Shown here: positions 39,611-50,194 of the stretch, piece by piece | How the letters are laid out: the number at the start of each line of letters is the position of its first letter | Numbering within the stretch: position 1 is the first letter of the stretch | Assembly: GCA_048571215.1 (NCBI GenBank) | Contig: CP182352.1 | Location: 2,848,001 to 2,912,000, forward strand | Source: Halarcobacter sp. | GTDB taxonomy: Bacteria; Campylobacterota; Campylobacteria; Campylobacterales; Arcobacteraceae | DNA length: 64,000 nt | Direction: 5' to 3' | Notes under the pieces: model-generated | Database searches by the model: none | The model's input: only the letters and a program-made list of their open reading frames with translations | Told to the model about the DNA's origin: nothing | Program-made: the position numbers and the translations under genes

Positions 39611-42600
39611 ATTTTAAACCCTACAATAGTAATATCATCATTTCTTTCATAAGAACCTTGGTAGTCCATCATCTCATACAATAGAATCTCTTGTTGATCA
39701 GCAAATGGCAATTGGTAATTCTTTTTCATCAGTTCAAGAAATCTTCTTTTTCCAAAAGGGAACCCTTTTTTACCACCATTTTGATCTAAATAGCCATCAG
39801 TAGTGATATAAAACTGCATCCCCTCTTGCACTTTTAAGGTATGTTCTTTAAACTCATAATCTCTATTACTTTTTTTATATCCAATAGAATGACGGCTACC
39901 TTTTATTGTTTTAAATTCTCCATTATGTTCATAAAACAAAGGAACCTGCGCTCCTGCAAACTTAATAATACTATCTTTTTTATTATAATAAAGAACTGCC
40001 CCATCAAAACCAGCATTGGACATAGAGGTTTCATCATCTTGTTTTAAAAGGTGTTTCATACTTCTATTAAATATAGATAATACTTTTGAAGGACTTACCA
40101 CCTCCTCTTTATTTTTAATATTTGCATTAATTTGTCTCTCAATGGCTTTTACAAGCATTGTAACAAAGGCACCAGGAACTCCATGACCAGTACAATCTAT
40201 AACCATAAGAAGACATTCACCTTCCCTTAACTCTTCAAACAAATAGATATCACCCCCTACAATATCTTTTGGTTCCCAGATTGTTAAATAATCACTAAAA
40301 TACTCTTTTAGTATCTCATTTGAAGGTATTAAAGCATATTGAATTAAAGAAGCATACTCTATACTATCTTTTGTATGTTTATGTACTAGTCTTAGTTCCT
40401 CTTCAATATCTTTTTGTCTAGTAATATCAACAACCATGCCAATAAATGCATCTTCATCATTATAAGAGATTGGTTTAACAGAAAGTAATGCTATAAACTC
40501 TTTTCCACTATTGGTTCTAAATCTTTGTTCTAAGTTTTCAACATAACCTTGCTTTTTCATCTGTAAAAGAATTTCATCCTTTTGATTCAAAGTTGTATAC
40601 ACAGTCTCTATAGATTTTCCTATTAACTCAGATACAGGTATTTCATATTGTATTGAAGCATATTCATTAGCATAAAGAATAGTTCTATCTTTTTGTGATG
40701 TTATAAGTACAGGAAGCATGATATTAGATAAAATTGTTTCAATATTTTTTCTTATAAATTCAAGTTCAGTAATATCTGTAAAAACTGCAGATTTAATATC
40801 TCCATCTCCTATAGATAAAGAAGCTGCTGTAACACTAAAAATTTTATCCTCTCCATCTTTATTTATCATAACTTTATGGTAGTTACTTTTATTTTCTATA
40901 ATATAATCTATCCATTTTTTATCTTTTATATATTTTTGTAGATATGTATTTGTATCATCATTTTTAAATCTATCACTAATACATTTATACTCTTTTTTAT
41001 ATTCTTGAAGATCTTTTATATTAAAAAACTCTAAAAATTTTTTATTTGCACTTCTTATATTTTTCCCATCTGTTGTTATTACAATCTGCTCTTGGGAATC
41101 CAATAGTGTTTGAACAAAACTTTTTTGTTCTAATAATTCAAAAGTTCTCTCTTGAACTTTTAGCTCTAAGTTTTTACTTAAATCCTCTACAATTTTTCTA
41201 TTTGTAATATCTTGACTTATAGATTTATAGCCAATTATTTCATTGTGGGTATTATATTCTGCTTCAATTTTTGAATATAACCAATAATATTTGCCATCTT
41301 TACTTCTATTTTTAATCTCCCCTTCCCATTTTTTATTTTTATTTAATGAATCCCACAATTGTGTAAAAGTACTCTTTGAAGTATCAGAACTTTTTACAAT
41401 ACTAATAGGTTTCCCCACTAACTCTTTTTTTGTATATCCTGAAATATTACAAAAAGATTCACTAGGGTGAGTTGTTATACCTTTTAAGTCTGTTTGAACA
41501 AAGATTACATTTCTATCAAAAGAATCAACTAGTTTTTGTAATTGCTCTTTTTGTTTATTTATATCAAAAGTTTTTTTATTTACTAAACTTCTTAATTTTT
41601 TATTCCAATAAACAATTATAAAAATAATTATAAGTACCACAAAAAATATGGGTAATACATATGATAAGATCTTTTTGATAGAGAAACCAGTATTTTGTTC
41701 AACTTTTATCTGTACCCAGTCATTATAAATCTTTTCACGCTCTTTTTCTGTAATAGTATCAATCACTTTATTTACAATAGAATATAATTTATCAAGATTT
41801 TTATTTATTAGAAAATGGTGTTTGAAATCATTGCCTGTATCTCCTGCAATTTTGAGATTATCTTTACCTATTCTAGTCATATAATATATTGCCGGAGCCA
41901 TATGTCCTATAAAAACATCTGCTTTGCCATTTGATACATTTAATAAAGCTTCAAAAATATTATCAGTTTCAATAATTTTAACATTAGGATAAAACTGTTT
42001 TATATAGTTATAACTTGTATAATGTTTTGGAATAGAAAAAACTTTATCTTTTATATCTTCCATTAAAGAAACATAGTCCATCTTCTCATTTGTAACAATC
42101 ACCATAGGGAAACTTGCATACTCTTTGGAAACCAAACCTAGGGAAGTTTCCTCTTTTGTATTTCCAATTCCTGGTACTAAATCTATTTCACCTCTTTTAA
42201 ATTTTTCAAGAACCTCAGACCAAGAGTGTGAGGGAACAAATTTAAATTTAATACCTGTTGATTCTGATACTATATTTAAATAATCTCCCATAATACCAGT
42301 CATTGTATTATTTTCAATAATTGAAAGTGGACGCCAATTTATCTCACTATACTTTACAACTATTCTTTTATCAAGCCAATTATACTCCTCTTTAGTAAAT
42401 CTAATTTTTCTTCTTTCACTAAACCATTTTAATTTTATTTTATCGAGATCTTCAATTGAAACTTTTTTCATAGCTTTTTTTAGTATAGATTGCAAAATTG
42501 GAGCGTCATTTCTAACTGCAATATATAGATTTTCCATCTCAGGGTCATCTGCTTTTACATCAGAAGTGTATTTCAAACCTTTTATTACATTTTCATCCAT

Positions 42601-43494
42601 AAGATAGCTTAAGATAGCAGTTTTCCCCAAAGTTGCATCAACTTCCCCATAAACTATAGCTTTTATACTATCCAAAGTATTTTTATATGTTATAACCTTT
42701 ATTTCTGGATATTTTTCTGCTAAAAGGCTCTCATAAACAAAACCTTTTACAACAGATACTTTTTTCCCAAACAAGGATTTTATATCTGAGATATCCTCTC
42801 TATTGCTAGTTGTTAATATTGAAGTAACATTTTTAGCAAAAATGTCTACATATAAAAGATGTTTTTCCCTTTCTTTTGTTTTTGCAATATTCATAATTAC
42901 ATCGATTTTTTTATCATAAACTCTTTGTAAAGATTCATTCCAAGTTCCAGTTACAAACTTGACTTTAAAACCTACAAGCTTTGCAAGAAGTTTTATATAA
43001 TCTACAGAGTATCCTTTTGGTACTCCATTTTTATTGTAGTTAAATGGTGCCCAATCATACTCATTGTGTACTTTTATGAGAGGATTGTTTTTTAACCACT
43101 CTTTTTCTTTTTTACTCAAATTTAATATTTTTGCTTTATCTTTAAAACATATGATTAGTGAACCTATTTGTTCTTTGTTATATATTACCTTTGTAGTAAC
43201 TTTTTCGCACTGTTTTGTAAAAGTTTTTTCATCAAATTTTTTTTCAATTAGATGGTTGTTTTTATCTTTATAATAAGAGAGTAGTTTTTTGTTTACTAAA
43301 GTATCGTATATCACTAGATAATTTATATTTTCATTCTTTTCTATAAAATCTTTTGAAATATTTTTTAACTCAAGTTCATTTAATTCAAAAAGGGGATTTG
43401 CTAACATACTTGAAAGACTTTCTAACTGCCCTTTTGTAATACTAAAAGCAAAATTGAAAAGACAGATGAAAATTAAAAATAGCCGTAACATCAC
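39607..43494 (-). CDS. SiaA-like SpoIIE/PP2C phosphatase with two periplasmic solute-binding domains and PAS domains
   Basis: Two PBPb-like domains, TM, PAS/PAC (GEIKNRSKDGKYYW), C-terminal VGGD, DCTGHGVPGA, TDGYLDQ, NDDIT. Confidence 0.88.
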   Translation of the reverse strand: MMLRLFLIFICLFNFAFSITKGQLESLSSMLANPLFELNELELKNISKDFIEKNENINYLVIYDTLVNKKLLSYYKDKNNHLIEKKFDEKTFTKQCEKVTTKVIYNKEQIGSLIICFKDKAKILNLSKKEKEWLKNNPLIKVHNEYDWAPFNYNKNGVPKGYSVDYIKLLAKLVGFKVKFVTGTWNESLQRVYDKKIDVIMNIAKTKEREKHLLYVDIFAKNVTSILTTSNREDISDIKSLFGKKVSVVKGFVYESLLAEKYPEIKVITYKNTLDSIKAIVYGEVDATLGKTAILSYLMDENVIKGLKYTSDVKADDPEMENLYIAVRNDAPILQSILKKAMKKVSIEDLDKIKLKWFSERRKIRFTKEEYNWLDKRIVVKYSEINWRPLSIIENNTMTGIMGDYLNIVSESTGIKFKFVPSHSWSEVLEKFKRGEIDLVPGIGNTKEETSLGLVSKEYASFPMVIVTNEKMDYVSLMEDIKDKVFSIPKHYTSYNYIKQFYPNVKIIETDNIFEALLNVSNGKADVFIGHMAPAIYYMTRIGKDNLKIAGDTGNDFKHHFLINKNLDKLYSIVNKVIDTITEKEREKIYNDWVQIKVEQNTGFSIKKILSYVLPIFFVVLIIIFIIVYWNKKLRSLVNKKTFDINKQKEQLQKLVDSFDRNVIFVQTDLKGITTHPSESFCNISGYTKKELVGKPISIVKSSDTSKSTFTQLWDSLNKNKKWEGEIKNRSKDGKYYWLYSKIEAEYNTHNEIIGYKSISQDITNRKIVEDLSKNLELKVQERTFELLEQKSFVQTLLDSQEQIVITTDGKNIRSANKKFLEFFNIKDLQEYKKEYKCISDRFKNDDTNTYLQKYIKDKKWIDYIIENKSNYHKVMINKDGEDKIFSVTAASLSIGDGDIKSAVFTDITELEFIRKNIETILSNIMLPVLITSQKDRTILYANEYASIQYEIPVSELIGKSIETVYTTLNQKDEILLQMKKQGYVENLEQRFRTNSGKEFIALLSVKPISYNDEDAFIGMVVDITRQKDIEEELRLVHKHTKDSIEYASLIQYALIPSNEILKEYFSDYLTIWEPKDIVGGDIYLFEELREGECLLMVIDCTGHGVPGAFVTMLVKAIERQINANIKNKEEVVSPSKVLSIFNRSMKHLLKQDDETSMSNAGFDGAVLYYNKKDSIIKFAGAQVPLFYEHNGEFKTIKGSRHSIGYKKSNRDYEFKEHTLKVQEGMQFYITTDGYLDQNGGKKGFPFGKRRFLELMKKNYQLPFADQQEILLYEMMDYQGSYERNDDITIVGFKI

Positions 43495-44186
43495 TCTTCC
43501 AATGACTCATTAATTTGTTTAATAATCAAATCAGATACCTTTTTTGAACAGATTAAGTATCTTTTATTTCCTTTAGGAATCCCTTTGATTTTATAAAATG
43601 AAATATCTTTAAAAGCTAAATCTTTTAGTAATAACTTGGCTTCCTCTGGAGATATAAACATAAAGTCAGCTCTATTATTTTTTATTAGAGTTACCATTTT
43701 TTCATTATCTATATATACACTATTTGTTCTTACCTTATATAGTTTTAACTTTTTATCTAAAAACTCTCCATAAGAGTAAGATTCCTTTGTAAGAATACTT
43801 ATTGGTTTTTTTAATAAAGTATCAATATCAATACCTAAAAATTCACTTTTTCTGTCACTCTTAGCTATTATTCCCAAAGGGTTATCTTGATACAAAGATA
43901 ATGTATATTTAGCAAATTTTTCTCTATGTTTATTTTTAAACCAACCTAAGGCACATATTCTTTTTGTATTTGCTTCTATCTCATAAAGGTGACGTTTAGA
44001 GGGTTTTTCTTTTAAAATATAATCTATTTTTGCTTTATTTAATGCTTTTATTGCAGGTGTTGCTACAAGTCCACTTATAGAGTTTTGAGTTTTTTCCACA
44101 TAAGGTATTCTTTGTTCATATACAATTTCTAAAGGTTGTGCTAGTAAATAAAAAGATGATAATAGAAGTAAGAATAGATATCTCAC
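43491..44186 (-). CDS. Periplasmic solute-binding protein (family 3-like)
   Basis: Signal peptide, RIPY, GWFKN..RE, YSYG, RADF. Confidence 0.7.
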   Translation of the reverse strand: MRYLFLLLLSSFYLLAQPLEIVYEQRIPYVEKTQNSISGLVATPAIKALNKAKIDYILKEKPSKRHLYEIEANTKRICALGWFKNKHREKFAKYTLSLYQDNPLGIIAKSDRKSEFLGIDIDTLLKKPISILTKESYSYGEFLDKKLKLYKVRTNSVYIDNEKMVTLIKNNRADFMFISPEEAKLLLKDLAFKDISFYKIKGIPKGNKRYLICSKKVSDLIIKQINESLEE

Positions 44187-44316
44187 AATTAACCTTTATA
44201 ATTTATTAACTATAATATCACAACATAGTTTACATATTACATATTATATACAATTATAGTAATTAATAAAGATATATTTATGTTATTTTTTTATATTATT
44301 TAATAAAGGTTTAAAA

Positions 44317-44673
44317 ATGAAGTTTCTTATCGCTGATGATTCTAAAGTTGCTAGAAAAAGAGTTTTAACTATTTTAGATGAACTTAACTACGCAGTTGTT
44401 GGTGAAGCAACTAATGGACTTGATGCGGTAGAAAAATTTAAAGAGCTAAACCCAACTGTAGTTATTATTGATTTGGAGATGCCTAATTTAAAAGGAAATG
44501 AAGCCTCAAAAATGATTTTAGAAATAGATCCAAATGTAGATATTATACTAATTACATCAAGTAATGACAAAAAAGAGATATTAAATGCTTTTAATATAGG
44601 TATAAAAAAAGTTATTAGAAAACCATTTACAAAAGAGTTATTAGAACAAACAATCAATGAACTAAAAGGCTAA
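44317..44673 (+). CDS. Single-domain (CheY-like) response regulator
   Basis: IADDS, IDLEMP, ITS, KPF. Confidence 0.9.
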   Translation: MKFLIADDSKVARKRVLTILDELNYAVVGEATNGLDAVEKFKELNPTVVIIDLEMPNLKGNEASKMILEIDPNVDIILITSSNDKKEILNAFNIGIKKVIRKPFTKELLEQTINELKG

Positions 44674-44675
44674 AT

Positions 44676-45230
44676 ATGAATACAAGCTTAATACAAGAAT
44701 TGGTAGAAGATGATGGAATTGTGTTTTTAACTTATGGAGGCTTTCTAACCCAAGCCCTAATCTCAGCCATGACAGAAGCCTTAGAAAAAGAAGCAGAAAA
44801 AAATAACCTAAGTCTAGGGGTTTCCAATAATATCTTTACTATTTTTATTGAACTTACTCAAAATATGATGAACTATTCAAAAAATAAATATGTAAATTCT
44901 TCAGAAGTTAACTCCGAAGGTTTGATTTTTGTTACAAAAGATAGGGATTTAAACTATTATATACATAGTCAAAATATTATTGCCTTAGTTGACAAAGAAA
45001 AAATCGAACCAAAACTTGAAGAGATACAAAAACTAAATTATGAAGAGATAAAATTACGATATAGAGAACTAAGAAGAAGTGGTAGGGATTGCCATGGGAA
45101 AGGTGGAGGAATAGGCTTTTATGAAATTGCAAAAAGAAGTAATGGCATAAATTTTGAATTCAAAAAAATCAACGAAGATAAATACTATTTTCATTTTACA
45201 TCAAAAATTATAACAAGAAGAGGAAATTAG
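44676..45230 (+). CDS. siaB: SiaB-family protein kinase (GHKL-like)
   Basis: YGGFLTQ, IFIELTQNMMNYS, GGGIGFYEIAKRS; precedes a SiaC-like gene. Confidence 0.8.
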   Translation: MNTSLIQELVEDDGIVFLTYGGFLTQALISAMTEALEKEAEKNNLSLGVSNNIFTIFIELTQNMMNYSKNKYVNSSEVNSEGLIFVTKDRDLNYYIHSQNIIALVDKEKIEPKLEEIQKLNYEEIKLRYRELRRSGRDCHGKGGGIGFYEIAKRSNGINFEFKKINEDKYYFHFTSKIITRRGN

Positions 45231-45233
45231 ATT

Positions 45234-45614
45234 ATGGAAAACTTAATAATAAAAGAAACCAAATATACACCATCTATTAGATTAGATGCACAGAAAGGCT
45301 TAATTGAATTAACTGGAAAATCATATCCAGAAAATACCTTTGAGTTTTACAAACCTATGATGGATTGGATAGAGAAATATTTTTCGGGAAATGAACAAGA
45401 GAAAACTACTCTAAACCTTGAGATAATATATTTTAATTCAAGTAGCTCAAAACTATTTTTTGATTTATTTGATTTAATTGAAGAGGCTCATAAAAACCAT
45501 AAAAATATAGAGATAAATTGGATATATGATAAAGAAAACGAAAGTGCTTTGGAAGCTGGTGAAGATTTCAAAGAAGATTTTATAGAACTAAATTTTAATT
45601 TAGTAAAAAAATAA
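45234..45614 (+). CDS. siaC: SiaC-family (DUF1987) phosphoswitch protein
   Basis: TP.I, GKSYPEN..FY.P, YFNSSSSK, INWIY, EAGEDF. Confidence 0.85.
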   Translation: MENLIIKETKYTPSIRLDAQKGLIELTGKSYPENTFEFYKPMMDWIEKYFSGNEQEKTTLNLEIIYFNSSSSKLFFDLFDLIEEAHKNHKNIEINWIYDKENESALEAGEDFKEDFIELNFNLVKK

Positions 45615-45630
45615 GCAAAGAAAAATAATC

Positions 45631-46425
45631 ATGTCTGAGATTACAGAAAACAAACTTATTGCAGAGTTAGAAGACTTACAAAATAATTTTAAAACTACCA
45701 CGGATAAACTCATAAAAGATATAAGACGACATGATAAAATTATGGCAAGAAGTGATAAAAGACAGCAACAAGAGTATGACCAACTTCAAATCAAACTACA
45801 AGAGGTTGAAGCTTTAAGTGAAGAGATAGAGCAAACCCAAAAAGAAGTAGTGTTTACAATGGGAGCTATAGGAGAGAGTAGAAGTAAAGAGACAGGGAAC
45901 CATGTAAAAAGAGTGGCAGAATACTCAAAACTTTTAGCCTTGTATTATGGTTTAGATGAAAAAGAAGCAGAGATGCTAAAACAAGCAAGCCCAATGCATG
46001 ATATAGGAAAGGTTGCTATTCCAGATGCGGTTTTAAATAAGCCAGGAAGATTTGATGAAAAAGAAAGAGAGATAATGAATACCCATGCTAAATTGGGATT
46101 TGATATGTTAAAACATTCAAATAGAGAACTTCTAAAATGTGCAGCAACAGTAGCGTATGAACATCATGAGAAATGGGATGGAACAGGTTACCCAAATAAA
46201 CTAAAAGGTGAAGATATACATATCTATGGAAGAATAACAGCCTTGGCAGATGTATTTGATGCCTTAGGGAGTGATAGATGTTATAAAAAAGCTTGGGATG
46301 ATGAGAGAATATTTAAGCTTTTTAAAGAGGAAAGAGCTAAACACTTTGACCCTAAGTTAGTAGATATCTTTTTTGAACACCTTGATGAATTCTTAGCTAT
46401 AAGAGATGAGTTTAAAGATACCTAA
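45631..46425 (+). CDS. HD-GYP c-di-GMP phosphodiesterase with N-terminal coiled coil
   Basis: ETGNHVKRV, MHDIGK, HHEKWDGTGYP, ADVFDAL, HFDP. Confidence 0.92.
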   Translation: MSEITENKLIAELEDLQNNFKTTTDKLIKDIRRHDKIMARSDKRQQQEYDQLQIKLQEVEALSEEIEQTQKEVVFTMGAIGESRSKETGNHVKRVAEYSKLLALYYGLDEKEAEMLKQASPMHDIGKVAIPDAVLNKPGRFDEKEREIMNTHAKLGFDMLKHSNRELLKCAATVAYEHHEKWDGTGYPNKLKGEDIHIYGRITALADVFDALGSDRCYKKAWDDERIFKLFKEERAKHFDPKLVDIFFEHLDEFLAIRDEFKDT

Positions 46426-46436
46426 TATCTAAAATC

Positions 46437-46823
46437 TTACACCAAACCTAAATTTTTTCTAACCATTTTCTTATAAGCCTTCATATGAACTTTTAACATA
46501 TTTGGTATAACTTCCAATCTACAAGCATGAACAATATCAGCTAACTCTGGTTTTGAATATATTGTGTTTTTATCTCTAGCAAGTTGGATAAGCTTGTTCA
46601 TATCATCATCTAAAATCACATCTTCTCTATCTGCAAGTGCATCATATACATAAAAAAACATCTTTCTATCTTCACTTGTCATTTGACATGAATCATCCAA
46701 CATCTTAAGAGCAAGCTTCGCAGCATACTCTATCTCTATAGGTTCAAAATTATGTGTATATGCCCAATCATAGGCTTTTTGACAAATATCCAAAATCACA
46801 TCCTTTTTAGATAAAAGATGCAA
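46437..46823 (-). CDS. Hypothetical protein
   Basis: 128-aa ORF filling the gap; no recognised motif. Confidence 0.6.
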   Translation of the reverse strand: MHLLSKKDVILDICQKAYDWAYTHNFEPIEIEYAAKLALKMLDDSCQMTSEDRKMFFYVYDALADREDVILDDDMNKLIQLARDKNTIYSKPELADIVHACRLEVIPNMLKVHMKAYKKMVRKNLGLV

Positions 46824-46842
46824 TTTTTATACCAATGAAGTA

Positions 46843-47229
46843 TTATAAAGTAAGTTTATCTAAAATAGAGTTGATAAACTTTGTAGTTGATTGTTTTTGT
46901 AAGTAAGCAAAACCTACAATAAAGATAATACCAATACCAAAGGTAAATAAAATACCAACTATAATAAGTGCAAATAAAATAAGTACAAAAAACTGTTGTA
47001 TCTCACCATCTATAGCTAAACTATACCCTTGATTTGATTTTTGTAAAGTAACAATTAGATTGTATTTTATAATAGAACTTTTGAAGCCATCTAAAGTAAC
47101 AGAATTCCCCTCAACCTTAGCCAAATCCTCCGAATAGGGTGAAATAGCATCTTTAATAGAAACTAAAACCTCATCAACACTTTTTTGAGTCTTTAACTCT
47201 TTTCGTATACCAACATCAAACAACCCCAT
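46843..47229 (-). CDS. Hypothetical membrane protein
   Basis: RBS AAGGA; C-terminal hydrophobic hairpin. Confidence 0.65.
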   Translation of the reverse strand: MGLFDVGIRKELKTQKSVDEVLVSIKDAISPYSEDLAKVEGNSVTLDGFKSSIIKYNLIVTLQKSNQGYSLAIDGEIQQFFVLILFALIIVGILFTFGIGIIFIVGFAYLQKQSTTKFINSILDKLTL

Positions 47230-47346
47230 AAATATCCTTATTTATTTTTTATAGTATAACAAAATAGTTAATGTTTTTTAATATAAGAGATATACATAGA
47301 CCCTGATAATAGAAAAGAGTTTGTAAATTTTATGCTTAAAATAAAC

Positions 47347-47372
47347 AGATGATATGCTTACACATATCATCT
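47347..47372 (-). terminator. Hairpin, probable terminator of the leuCD-like/dehalogenase operon
   Basis: AGATGATATG-cttaca-CATATCATCT; T-rich tail on the minus strand. Confidence 0.6.
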
Positions 47373-47425
47373 AAGAGTTTCTATATAGATTAAAGCCCTT
47401 TTAATAAAACTTTGTAAATATTTAT

Positions 47426-48343
47426 TTATCTATTTTTTTCTAAAAAGTTAAATATGGATTCATAGACAATTTCGGGCTGTTCTTCTGGAACAAAATGCCC
47501 ACAATCCTCCACTGCAAATCCACTTACATTTGAAGCAAATTTTTTCCAACCATCCAAAACATTCCAGAGATTTCCAACTACTCCATTTTTTCCCCATAAA
47601 ACTAAAAGTGGTGTATTTATTGTTCTTTTTCTATCCTCTTCATCATGAACTAAATCAATTGTATTGGAAGCTCTATAATCTTCTGAAATAGCATGTACAC
47701 AAGATGGATTAGAATAATATCTAATATATTCTTGAAGAACATCTTCTGGAAACATCCGCTTAACCGAATCTCCTGTTGCTTTATTTAGAAGGTTTCGTCT
47801 AATAAAATAATCAGGGTCAGAACCCAAAAAAGTTTCAGGGAATGGCTTTGGTTGAATATAGAAAAACCAATGCCAATATTTAGTTGCAAACTCTCTATTT
47901 GTTTGTTCGTACATGTCATAAGTTGGTAAAATATCCATTAGAGTACATGTTTTTACTTTTTCTTCGTGGTCTAACATAAGTCTATGAGCAACTCTTGCAC
48001 CTCTATCATGGGAAACGACATGAAATTTTTCAATACCAAGTTTTTCCATTACTTTTACTTGATCATTTGCCATAACTCTTTTGGAATAGTTTGAATGATC
48101 TTCTAAACCTTCAGGTTTTGAACTATCTCCATATCCTCTTAAGTCAGTTATAACTACCTTATAGTTTTTAGCTAATTTTGAAGCGATACCTCTCCAAATA
48201 AGATAACTTTCTGGATGACCATGAAGAAGTAGGATTGATTCTCCTTGTCCTGCTACTAGAGTATTGATTTTTATCTCTTTTTCTACCTTAATAAAGCTTT
48301 GTTCAAACTCGGGAAAATACTTTTTAGCTACTTCATTCATCAC
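47426..48343 (-). CDS. Alpha/beta hydrolase, haloacetate (fluoroacetate) dehalogenase-like
   Basis: LLHGHPE, DLRGYGDS, YSKRVMA, HDRGARV nucleophile motif, YWHWFF, EDYRA, GHFVPEE. Confidence 0.85.
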   Translation of the reverse strand: MMNEVAKKYFPEFEQSFIKVEKEIKINTLVAGQGESILLLHGHPESYLIWRGIASKLAKNYKVVITDLRGYGDSSKPEGLEDHSNYSKRVMANDQVKVMEKLGIEKFHVVSHDRGARVAHRLMLDHEEKVKTCTLMDILPTYDMYEQTNREFATKYWHWFFYIQPKPFPETFLGSDPDYFIRRNLLNKATGDSVKRMFPEDVLQEYIRYYSNPSCVHAISEDYRASNTIDLVHDEEDRKRTINTPLLVLWGKNGVVGNLWNVLDGWKKFASNVSGFAVEDCGHFVPEEQPEIVYESIFNFLEKNR

Positions 48344-48840
48344 TTCTCCTTTAGTTGTTTTTTAATTAGTTCTTTAATACCACCATACTCTAAAATATTT
48401 AGAACATATTCACTAAAAGGCTCAATTGATGCAATTTTACCATTTTCATTTGATACTATCCCTTTTTCTAAATCAACAGTTATATTTTCTTTGTCTTTTA
48501 CTAAAGATGAAATTTTAGGACAAATGACAACTGGAAGTCCAAGGTTTATGGCATTTCTATAAAAGATTCTTCCAAATGACTCAGCAAGAATAACTCCTAT
48601 TCCAACTTCTTTTAGAGTAATTGCTGCATGTTCTCTACTTGAACCACAACCAAAGTTAGTTCCAGCAATAATAATATCTCCATCATTTACTTTTTCAACA
48701 AACTTTTCATCTGCTCCATACATTGCATATTTTTTTATATCTTTAACATCTGTATACTCAACAAATCTTCCTGGGTAGATTTGATCTGTATCAACATTTT
48801 TACCAAACAAAAAAACTTTTCCACTTACTTTCTTTTCCAT
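48340..48840 (-). CDS. LeuD/HacB-like aconitase-family small subunit
   Basis: NVDTDQIYP, NFGCGSSREHA, SFGRIFYRNAINLG; start at ATG 48840 after AAGGA. Confidence 0.9.
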   Translation of the reverse strand: MEKKVSGKVFLFGKNVDTDQIYPGRFVEYTDVKDIKKYAMYGADEKFVEKVNDGDIIIAGTNFGCGSSREHAAITLKEVGIGVILAESFGRIFYRNAINLGLPVVICPKISSLVKDKENITVDLEKGIVSNENGKIASIEPFSEYVLNILEYGGIKELIKKQLKEK

Positions 48841-48850
48841 AACCATATCC

Positions 48851-50104
48851 TTAATTCGTATAATCTGTTGGATCAACAATTTTACCCTCTAAAGCTGCAC
48901 AAGCAACAGCCGCAGGCGAACCTAAAAATATTTTCGCACTAACCTCTCCCATACGCCCTGGAAAATTTCTGTTTGTTGTTGTAATACACCTCTCACCTGA
49001 AGTTAACATTCCCTGATGTGTTCCTAAACATGCAGCACAACCTGGTGTCACAAACGTTGCTCCCGCAGCAACTAAAGTTTGTACATCTCCATTTTTCATA
49101 GCTTCTAAGAAAACCTCTTTTGAAGCAGGAACTATCACAAATCTGGTTTTTTTGGCTATCTTTTTATTCCTTAAAATTTTAGCAGCAATTGCAATATCAT
49201 CTGCACGACCTCCAGTACAAGAGCCTAAATAGGCTTGATCTATCTCTTGTCCTAGGTATTCTTTTATGTTAAAAACATTATCCACACTAAATGGTGCTGC
49301 AATTTGTGGTTTTAAATTAGAAATATCAAATGTAACTTCCTCATCATATTTAAAATCCTCGTCAGTATAAAAGATTTCATATTCTTTTGAAACTTTTTTC
49401 TCTAAAAACTCCATTGTTATTTCATCAGGCTGTATATATGAAGTTTTAGCGCCCATTTCAGTACTCATATTACACATAGCCATTCTTTCAGAAATACTTA
49501 AATGCTTTAAGGCACTTCCTGAAAATTCAACAGCTTTATATACTGCAAAATCTGCTCCTAGCTCTCCAATAGCATGAAGTATCATATCTTTTGCATAGAC
49601 ACCTTTTTGGGGAACTCCTTCAAAATTAATTTTTACAATTTCAGGAACTCTAAACCACAATTTACCAGTTACAAGTATTATTGCTAAATCAGTTGCTCCA
49701 ACTCCCGTACCAAATGCCCCAAATGCTCCATGTGTAGTTGTATGAGAATCAGTTATTACTACTATTTCTCCAGGATAGGCTAATCCTTTATCTGCTAAAA
49801 CTTGATGACAAACTCCTTGGTCTATATCCATAAGAAGTTCAATACCTTGATCCCAACAAAACTCTCTAAACTCTTTTTGGTTTTGTGCTTGTTGTATGGT
49901 TGAAGCAGGTGCATAGTGATCTAAAAACATAATCACTTTTGATGGGTCATAAACTTTTTTAGCACCCATTTCAAAAAATGACCTAATAGTTTGGAGATAA
50001 AGGTCATTTATTCCTGCCATATCAATATCACAATTTACAATTTCTCCCGTTTTTACACTTTGTTTAGCTGCTTTTTTTGCTAATAGTTTTTCAATAGCAT
50101 GCAT
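48851..50104 (-). CDS. LeuC/HacA-like aconitase-family large subunit
   Basis: DH, GVCHQ, DSHTTTHG, GSCTGGR, PGCAACLG, TNRNFPGRMG. Confidence 0.92.
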   Translation of the reverse strand: MHAIEKLLAKKAAKQSVKTGEIVNCDIDMAGINDLYLQTIRSFFEMGAKKVYDPSKVIMFLDHYAPASTIQQAQNQKEFREFCWDQGIELLMDIDQGVCHQVLADKGLAYPGEIVVITDSHTTTHGAFGAFGTGVGATDLAIILVTGKLWFRVPEIVKINFEGVPQKGVYAKDMILHAIGELGADFAVYKAVEFSGSALKHLSISERMAMCNMSTEMGAKTSYIQPDEITMEFLEKKVSKEYEIFYTDEDFKYDEEVTFDISNLKPQIAAPFSVDNVFNIKEYLGQEIDQAYLGSCTGGRADDIAIAAKILRNKKIAKKTRFVIVPASKEVFLEAMKNGDVQTLVAAGATFVTPGCAACLGTHQGMLTSGERCITTTNRNFPGRMGEVSAKIFLGSPAAVACAALEGKIVDPTDYTN

Positions 50105-50194
50105 TATAAACTCCTAATGTTTTTTGAATTATAAACCTTTTTTTTGTATTATGTCAAATAATGTATAGTCATATTTAACATTAGGATTAGTAAT

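Noticed and set aside
44230..44250. TTACATA-like 7-mer tandem in the divergent sia promoter
   Set aside because: Low-complexity AT-rich sequence; cannot be distinguished from chance
48340..50104. Calling these genes leucine-biosynthetic leuC/leuD
   Set aside because: Short HacA/HacB-like type, no leuA/leuB context, LysR-linked with a hydrolase; symbols withheld
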